Positions 54,420 through 64,000 of a DNA stretch of 64,000 bases are shown in pieces. A program made the position numbers and the translations under genes. Where the stretch lies: the NCBI GenBank assembly GCA_012295275.1, contig CM022677.1, positions 17,050,001-17,114,000 on the forward strand. The letters are read 5' to 3'. Under the pieces are notes generated by a model that saw only the letters and a list, made by a program, of their open reading frames with translations, was not told the DNA's origin and did no database searches. This DNA is from Chrysomallon squamiferum. Its lineage: Eukaryota; Animalia; Mollusca. The first letter of the stretch is position 1; every line of letters starts with the position of its first letter.

Positions 54420-54860
54420 GTCGTACACACGTGGTGGTTGGTTGTTGGTGTTAGCAACAGCCAATTGGAAGAAAAGACGTGACCTGCCGTGTCACGTGAC
54501 CAAAACAGAAAGCAGAATGGTCACTGAATTAAAAAAAATCATAAAATTAAAAATAATCACGTGGTTTAACAGCAGCCAATAGCAAATTAATGGGGGCTGT
54601 CTGTGTCTTATAATCAACGAAGAAAGCACAAATCACGTGATTTTGCAAGGAGTAACGTGACTGTGACCAAAACAGAAATCAAAAGGTCACTGATACAATC
54701 ACACGGTATTAGAAAGGTTAATGGCGAATTGATCAACGTCGATGGTATCTTGGTCACGTGACTTGCTAAGCATCTCATTACTCTTGTTACGTCTAATACG
54801 CACTTCAGAGAAAATGTCACATTATGACGTCATCGATCACGTGATTATAGCGGGGAAACA
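54420..54860. promoter_or_regulatory. Putative enhancer: homotypic E-box (CACGTG) cluster with CCAAT boxes and a CRE
   Basis: CACGTG at 54428, 54493, 54558, 54634, 54755 and 54838; CCAAT at ~54461 and ~54576; ATGACGTCAT at 54824-54833. Confidence 0.55.
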
Positions 54861-54993
54861 TTTATTGTTACGATTTACCATAATGGTCGACAACAGGATG
54901 ACACGAAATGAATGAAATGGATACGATTCAGACAAAATAATAATAATAATAAATAATAATAATAATAATAATAACAACAATAATAATAATAAC

Positions 54994-55045
<52 letters not shown>

Positions 55046-55808
55046 TTAATATTAATAATAATAAAAATTACCCGATCCAGCCAGGGCTCGATCAGTACTT
55101 TATTAAAGGATCTTGTTAATACTTTCTTTTCTAGTGGAATCTCGCTATAAGCGATTTCTTTACTGTTGCTACACAACAGAAGCCAGCAGAAGATGAGATA
55201 TTCTCTTGTAAATTATTACGGTATAAGGAAGGTTTTATTACTATCCGTAATAATGAAATGCTTAAAGAAACATTAACTGATACTAGAAGCATATTTTTAA
55301 CAGTTATAGAGATACACTGTAGTTATTACTTTTAAACAAAATATATATATATATATAATAACTATAACTAGTGTATATCTATACGAACAGTTAATTACAT
55401 TAAACATAAAATAATCATCGAAATGGTATTTGAATTTCCCATGGTTCGTTGCTGACTAACAAAACCAGACGATCGAAATAGAAAGAATGAATAAAGAAAG
55501 AAAGATATTAACAACACAAAGAAGAAGCAGAATAATGAGAGAAAATTGCTGGAACAACCAAACAAACAACGAAACAAACAAACAAACAAACCAAGAAAAA
55601 AATCAGTAGAGTGGTTCCACATATCATAAAACAGCATATTTTCACAAACATAAGAAAAACAACATTTCCGAACAGAATCTTAGCTTCTTTTCAAAGACAC
55701 CAAGACAGAAAAGAAGGAAGACAAATATGCGAATCAAAATAAGATGTCTGCCAACAACAGTATAATATAACCATATTTCACAAATAACCAGCTTTGCATG
55801 TGTGTATA

Positions 55809-55907
<99 letters not shown>

Positions 55908-56013
55908 TCTGGATGTGTAACTGTTTACCTATTTCATTCCACGAATATATATATATATCTACACGCTGACTGTTTGTTTTTAGAACTGTTTTCTACCAAA
56001 GTCTCGTCGTCTC

Positions 56014-56132
<119 letters not shown>

Positions 56133-56708
56133 AGACTGTGCAGACAAACAGAAAGAGCGAAACAAAAAGAAGAAGAAGAAAAAAAAACGAAATGTACTGG
56201 TTTTGAGATACATTACGTTTGCATGTAAGTGTAACGTAATTCTTTCTCTATTTCGAAAACGTAAAACCAAAAAAACAAAAAAGCCACAGGAAAGTTGTAT
56301 ATGAATGTAACAGAACAGTGTTGAATATCTTGGGTCAGTAATTTAGGTCACGTTAACACTACATAATATACGACTACAACAATCGCTTCTTTTATAAAAC
56401 AGACCACTCGAGTTTCCAATAACTGACAACGAATAAAAGGTTAAGAGGCAACAACACCACTTGTCTGGTGCGCCGGCGTTGGAAGGTGGGATTTAAGTAA
56501 CAAAATATCTCACAGCAATGGCCGCTTTGAACGCGATAACTATTACTGTTGAAAAAAAAAAAAGGTGTTTGTTTTGGTTCAGCTGTCTCCGGAGTATAGT
56601 GATTAATTCTTATCCTTCTGCTGATACTTGTCGAATAGTTTTCTTATCGAGCTGGAAGCTTAAAATATTTTGTTATTATGATTGTTCTTGTTATTCTTCT
56701 TCTTCTTC

Positions 56709-56757
<49 letters not shown>

Positions 56758-57409
56758 CATCATTATTTGTCTTAATGGCAAGAGACTGTAAAGTGAACGT
56801 TGATTATGTATGTTGATTATGTATGTATGTATGTATGTACGTACGTATCTATGTATGTATTATATCTGTATTTGTACAAACACATGTCATATATATATAT
56901 ATATATATATATGCGTATGTACATATAATTGTATGTATGTATGTATGTATGTATGTATGTATGTATGTATGTATATATATATATATATATGAATGAAAGA
57001 AAAAATGTATGTATTTATGTATGTAATGAAATGAAACAGTGTATGTATGTAAATATGTAACAATTTATGATGAATGTGACAAATGTATGAATTTATGTAT
57101 GTATGTATGTATGTATGTATGTATGTATGTATGTATGTATGTATGTATTATGTCTGTATTTTACTATTACACATGTAAGATCCGATACATATACACACAG
57201 ACAAGCATATATATATATATATGAATGAAAGAAAAAATGCTCGAGTTCAGCTTGTAAAGAAATGAAACAGTCGTAACTGAAATACACAACAATTTATGAC
57301 AAGTGACAAACAATTTATTATACAAATCTGAATGAGGAAGTCGGTTCATACCACATGTTAATGTACGATTGATGAAGCCCTGACTATTTTATGTAAGACC
57401 CGATGGAGA

Positions 57410-57555
<146 letters not shown>

Positions 57556-57643
57556 AAAATAATAATAATAATAAGGGAAACGATTTACACAAACACTTTC
57601 TCTCTTTTATATATCGAGAAAGACTTTCTCTCTTTTATATATC

Positions 57644-57674
<31 letters not shown>

Positions 57675-58166
57675 AGCGAGACAAAGACAGAGAGCCAGCC
57701 AGACAGACAGACAGACAGACAGAGAGAGAGATGTAAACAGAAAGACAGAATACCAGTCGACACAGAGAGAACGAAACGAGAGATATGATAACGTGCGCCA
57801 GACGTTTGACAATACATAATTCAAATATTCGCCAGGATTTTATTTCCCTCGGGACTGCGCGCTTCTCCGCGGACACTCAACGTGCCCGAAGCTCTACACA
57901 ACAGTCGCAATTTCATTATTATTTCTTTTTCTATGCGGCCGTGTCACACACAGATCGCAAGTCCCAGGTCAGGACCTGCCGGTCACTGTACCGCGGATCT
58001 ACGACGTTCCAGGCAATCGCAGGCTTTTCTGATGTTCAGAGATATTAGCATAGAAATATCAGTTTAACATGTTGTCGACAGATTGTTCAGTGACTGCTAC
58101 GACAAGAATTATGTGTGTAAATATCTGCTATCTGTCCGTCTAATTGTGTTTTCTAACATCTCTCTC

Positions 58167-58276
<110 letters not shown>

Positions 58277-58369
58277 TTTTGTGTGTATCTCTCTCTGTGT
58301 GTGTATGTATGTCTATGTATGTATGTTTGTATGTATGTATGTATGTAAATGTATATGTGTATGTGTGTT

Positions 58370-58446
<77 letters not shown>

Positions 58447-59739
58447 ACATATATTTTCACACACCCACACATACAGATAGAGACAGACAGACAGATAGAG
58501 AGAGAGAGAGAACCATTTTAGGTGTCAGCTGGATATTTAAAAACGAGATAGAGAGGAGAGAAAAGGATAAATGTGCGACATACACATTGCACACACATGT
58601 CATATGTGTGGTTATGTTATGTATGTGTATGTTTTGTCTGTATATAAGTTAATATATAAAATATATATATGGACAGAAATGATAATATTTATTTAAAATA
58701 TTTGCCATTATGGTTTCTCTGGATTATCTGAAACGAAATCAGATTAAATTTAAATACTCGCAATTATACAATTTTAAATAATATAGTTTTAAACAAATAC
58801 CCATAGTTATAATGAACACCATTGTAATAATAATATAACACCCCAACCCTAACCCCCATTCTGTCCACCAACTTTTGGACCACCCTGTTTGTATTACATA
58901 TTTGTTATGAATGAGACACATTACATGTAAGTATCACAGAGAACATTAAGGCTATTAGACATTATTATTACACGCGTTAATGCTATCAGACTGTATTATT
59001 ATGCCCACAATACTTTCAACGCAGATAACACCGTTATAACATTACGCAGTAAAAATAGCGTTAGACAACCACACGAAACGCAGTAACAGCGCCAATAATA
59101 ACCAATAAAACCACGCAAACATGTTATAAATAATGGATCCGCGAAAATCGTTTGTCCGGAATTTCATTCGCCTTTCTTTGCGGAGTCCGTAATGGCGGAC
59201 GGGAATCGGGGAAAAATTAGTTTACCTTCAGCGAAACTTTTGCAAAAATCGCTCGAGCCCGTTTAATAAGCCGAAAGTAAATCAATTTGCCTCAGTGACC
59301 CATTAGTGTTCTAGCCGTACCAGTACACTAGATAGGTCATTTTCATTCCACCAATACCGAGTGCAGTTCAGAAACCATTAGGTTTTTTTTTTTTTTAACT
59401 CTGACTATATTGGATGGCATAGACCCATTAAGCTTACGTATATAAATATTTCTGGAGGGCAAAGGCCGGCGGAATCATTTGCTTTCCATTAAATGTTTAT
59501 CAGACGTAATTTAATAGAACTTTGTCGTTTCGAGATCTTTGGTCAGTTCCAAAATTCATTGTGTTATAAGCGAAATCCTGTTTTATAATTGTCTAATAAG
59601 ACGGACAGAACGCAAAAGACGGACAAAAACGATGCAAATAAACAAAATGAAAATGAGGTGATAATATTCCAAGGCTGATTCTGTGTGATCAGCTACGTCA
59701 AAACAGTCTGAATGTTATGGGAAAGATAAGTACGTGTCG

Positions 59740-60152
59740 GTTTTGTTTACTGTTTCTGTCAACGACTTGACGTCACAGCAGGCTTTCTCTAGGGTAAGAG
59801 GAATGAAAAATGGCGTCTGCTCTCACTAACGTACTCAATGATTATTTATTTTTATTTGCTCTGTCCATTAAAGTTTCATGTTTACTATGGAGTAAAGGTG
59901 GAAAAATAACAAAGTCAACGAGAATTCCGTGAACACAATAACAAAACAATCAGCTGAAAACTATAGCGTTGTTTATGATTCCTATCAACGACTTAACGTC
60001 ATAATAGGCACAATTATAAAGCAAATTTGAAATATAAAGGCTTTGAGAATGTAGCGTATACCATTACAAAATATGCACTTGAAAAACACAGAATATCAAT
60101 CAGTTATTTACGATTGTTGTATTTTTGTTTTATTTTTTGTGTTGTGTTTTTA

Positions 60153-60186
<34 letters not shown>

Positions 60187-62610
60187 TTATTATTATTATT
60201 ATTATTATTTATTATTATTATTATTATTATTATGTTTTTATTTTATTATTATTATTTTTTTTTTATAATGAACTCGACATCATTAAAGGCATCACAACAG
60301 AGTAAAATTTAGACACACAAATTAAATGGAACAAAATATGTAAATGAAAAAATACGGAATATCGGTTATTTATGTATCATTTCTTTCAACAATTTGAAAT
60401 CATTACAGAGCAAATTTCTGTTTACAAACGACGTGAGAATCTGAAATAAAAAATAAACGAAATAAGAAAATAAAAATGAAAATCCATCAGAATTATTCAA
60501 CGTTTGTATCAACGACATGACATCACTGCAGGCATAATTATAGAACAAGTAACAAAACACAAACGTTATGACAATTTAATGTATATAGGCAAAAAAAAAA
60601 AAAAAAAAAAAACTTAAGCACTTGAATAACACAGAATATCTCTGTCAGTTTTGTTTACTCTTTCTTTCAACGATCTGACGTCAGGTGAGGATTAATGTAA
60701 AACACAGCATTCTCCAGTGAGTTTGAGATGCCAAGGAATGGAATATAAATTCAAAAACATGCACAATATTGATCAACTTTGTTTACTATTTCGTATAACG
60801 TTTCTGAAAAAACAAGTAAATAATAATAGCAGCGATGCCATATTGCAGTTTTGTTCTGCCATAGTTATGCTTTATTGTTAGTAAAGGTTACTCAGTAAAA
60901 AGCAATTATAACAAAGAATGTCTACAGTGGTGATCACTGTTTCTATCAACGACTCAGCGTCACTATTTCTAGCTCTCTGTCAGTCTAGGCGGTAAATTAT
61001 ATATCTATACAACATCGCGGAAGTGTTTCGTTATATTTATACTTTATTGTTAGTAAAGGTTACTGATTAGAAGCAGTTATTGTAGAAAATGTCTACAATT
61101 GTTTGTTACTGTTTCTATCAACGACTCATCGTCACTATTTCAAGCTCTCTGTCAATCAAGGCGGTAAAATTATATATCTATACAACATCGCGGAACTGTT
61201 TCCTTATATTTATACTTTATTGTTAGTAAAGGTTACTGAGTAGAACAACCATTGTAGAGAATGCCTACAGATGTTGATTATTATTTCTATCAACGACTTG
61301 GTATTACAACAGGCTTTCGAATGAAAATGGCGTGTGCTCACTAACATACTCAATCCGTATTTATCTGTATTTACTCTGTCTATTAAAGTTTCATGTTTAC
61401 TACGGTGTAAAGGTGCAAAAATAACAAAGACAACGAGAATTCAGTGAGTACAATAACAAAACAATCATCTGAAAACTGCAGTCTTGTTTATGATTCCTAT
61501 CAACGACTTAACGTCATAATAGGCATAACTATAAAGCAAATTTGAAATATAAATGGCGTGAGAATCTAGTGTATATAATTATAAAATATGCACTTGAAAA
61601 ATACAGAATATCTATCAGTTATTTACGATCTTTTATAAACGACTTGTCGTCATTACAATCATCATTACAAAGAAAAGTTTAGTGAAACAAACTGTAGCAA
61701 AATACGTAAATGAAAAAAATTAGAATATCGATCACTTATTTATCATTTCTTTCAACGACTTGATTTAATTATACAGCAAATTTCAGCTACAAACGATGTG
61801 AGAATTTGAAAAAAAGAAAGAAACAAACAACGAAATAAGAAAACAAATATAAGGAATATCAGAATTATTTATTATTTGTATCAACGACATGACATCATTG
61901 CAGGAATAATAATAGAAACAAATAACAAAACACAAACTCAATGATAATTTAATGTATTACAGTAAAAAAAAAAAAAAACATTAAGAACTTAAAAAACATA
62001 GAATATCTGTCAGTTTTGTTTACTATTTGTGTCAACGACCTTTTTAAATAACAAGTCCAGTGAGGCTTAGTCTAAAACACGGCAGGTTTCCAGTGAGTTT
62101 GAGATGCCAAGGAAAAGAAAATAATTTTAAAAACATGCACAATATTTATCAACTTTGTTTACTATTTCTTATAATGTGTCTCAGAAGAAAAAAAAAAGAG
62201 GGAATAATAACAGCAGCGATGCCATATCGCAGTTTTGTTCTGCCATAGTTATGCTTTATTGTTAGTAAAGGTTATTCAGTAGGAAGCAATCATAACAAAG
62301 AATGGCTACTGTTTCTATCAACGACTGATCGTCATTATTTCTAGCTCTCTGTCAATCAAGGCGATAAATAATACATTTATGCAACATCGCTGAATTGTTT
62401 CCTTATAGTTATACTTTATTGTTAGTAAAGGTTACTGAGTAGAAGAATCATTGTAGAGAATGCCTACAGATGTTGATTACTAGTTCTGTCAATGGCTCAC
62501 CGTCAATACTTATTGCTCTGTCAGTCAAGGCATATGTAATCAAATTATATATTCTATGCAACATCGCTGAATTGTTTCGTTATAACTTTATTGTTAGTTA
62601 AGGTTACGCA
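59740..62610. repeat. Higher-order complex satellite/tandem duplication (two ~1.4-1.5 kb copies built of TCAACGAC-anchored subunits)
   Basis: Copy A (~59755-61285) aligns with copy B (~61286-62600). For example AAAATGGCGT..GCT..CACTAAC.TACTCAAT occurs at ~59807 and ~61324, and GATTCCTATCAACGACTTAACGTCATAATAGGCA at ~59977 and ~61492. Internal monomers of 171-172 bp are anchored at 60946/61118/61290 and 62318/62489. Confidence 0.92.
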
Positions 62611-62725
62611 TTATAAAACGTTTAGTTTAAATATAAATGTTTAATTACAGGTAATTACGAGTATTGGCTTTCTGTCATTCAAGAAGGTAAATAAAATCCT
62701 TATTATTGTTGTAGTAAAACAATAT

Positions 62726-62762
<37 letters not shown>

Positions 62763-62911
62763 AGGATGATACGGTGTAAAGGAATACATTGCTCTTTGAT
62801 TTTTACATATCTTCAGTGTATTGAATGCTTATATACGTACCAGAATATATTTGTGATATGACATCAGTCTTTAACTTATACTTACAAAGAAACTCAGTAT
62901 AAGTGTGTGAG

Positions 62912-62944
<33 letters not shown>

Positions 62945-63880
62945 ATGTATGTATGTATGTATATGTGTATGTATGTATGTATAAATGTTTGTATGTATGT
63001 AGATATATGTTTGTGTGTATGTATGTATCGATATTTTTATGTATCTGTTTTATCCTCAGTATGTATGTATGTATGTATGTATGTATGAATGTATGTATGT
63101 ATATATATATATATATATTCACCCTTATTGATAGGTTCAGTAAATATCACAGCCACAGACAGACATACTGCTACAGACAATCAGGAAACAATTAAAACAG
63201 AAATATTCTAGAACTTACTCAGAAACACACATACAGCCACACTATGTCATCATCGCTCAATGACTTAAACTTGAAGAATCATTTTCTATTTTATCTCTGT
63301 ACACACACAGAGAGAGAGAGACCAGACGATGTGTTCTCAAAGCCCCCGAGTCACCAACATGTCTTTGCGTTTATTAGCTACAAGACGTGTTGATATTTTT
63401 GTTTTTGTTTTGCACGCCGGCAGCTCAAGTCTTCTGCTCAGAATTAAGACACGCTGGCGGTGAAACGTGTAAAACTGGGTCAAAAATCTGTGGATGCCAG
63501 ACGGTGACCTTGGGCAGCGATTTCAGACTCGTTGTTTTGTGTGATGGATGCGTTACGACATAGAAGAGTTGTTTTGGGTTTTTTGAAACATGTCAGTTAG
63601 ATTGGTTTGTCGTGACTCAATGAGGTCTTGTTTAAAAACTTGACACAGCTGTGTGTTTGTGTGGGACAAGGTCAAGGGTACCTACCTGGCTTTATTATTT
63701 GTTTGTTTGTTTCGTTGTATTTTGTTTTATTACTTTACTTCTTTTTTTTTTGAAAATTAATTTTGATGATGGAGGAATAAAGAGAATGTCTGATGTTAGG
63801 TCTTTCCAGTGTATTGCATTAAGCAATGATCGTCTTGTCTTTCCGTTTTAGCACAACAGATTAAAATAATGAAATTGGAA

Positions 63881-63927
63881 TGTATATAAATGTATATAAA
63901 TGTATATAAATGTATATAAATGTATAT
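63881..63927. repeat. 10-bp tandem repeat (TGTATATAAA) x~4.5
   Basis: Direct reading. Confidence 0.85.
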
Positions 63928-64000
63928 ATCTATTAAACACATATAATTTTACATATCTACACACACACACACACATATAAATATTTACATATACATGCAT

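Noticed and set aside
59740-62610. CRISPR-like repeat-spacer pattern
   Set aside because: Linkers are too long and variable, are themselves duplicated, and the anchors are degenerate; no cas genes. Treated as a satellite.

Overview
Eukaryotic (animal, probably lophotrochozoan/mollusc-like) genomic DNA that is AT-rich and very dense in microsatellites: (AG)n, (AAT)n, (AGT)n, (AC)n, (GATA)n, (ATAC)n and poly-A. It contains one protein-coding gene I can support. This is the 5' part of a natriuretic-peptide-receptor-like receptor guanylyl cyclase (NPR1/NPR-A-like) on the minus strand. Five GT-AG exons join in frame (45479-44795, 8781-8670, 6622-6427, 3861-3726, 3265-3174; 1221 nt, 407 aa) and encode a signal peptide plus most of the ANF-receptor extracellular domain. 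The gene continues off the left edge, so the transmembrane, kinase-homology and cyclase domains cannot be seen. Intron 1 is 36 kb. Nearly all other ORFs in the track are microsatellite artefacts. Non-coding features include two degraded SINE-like copies, a MITE-like element, several minisatellites and a ~3 kb higher-order satellite. There is also a tandem repeat just upstream of the ATG that carries repeated 9-codon uORFs, a perfect intronic hairpin, and CpG-rich islands with clustered E-box, CRE, CCAAT and YY1 motifs. I found no prokaryotic-type system such as CRISPR or an operon. The most promising leads are regulatory and are inferences that need testing.
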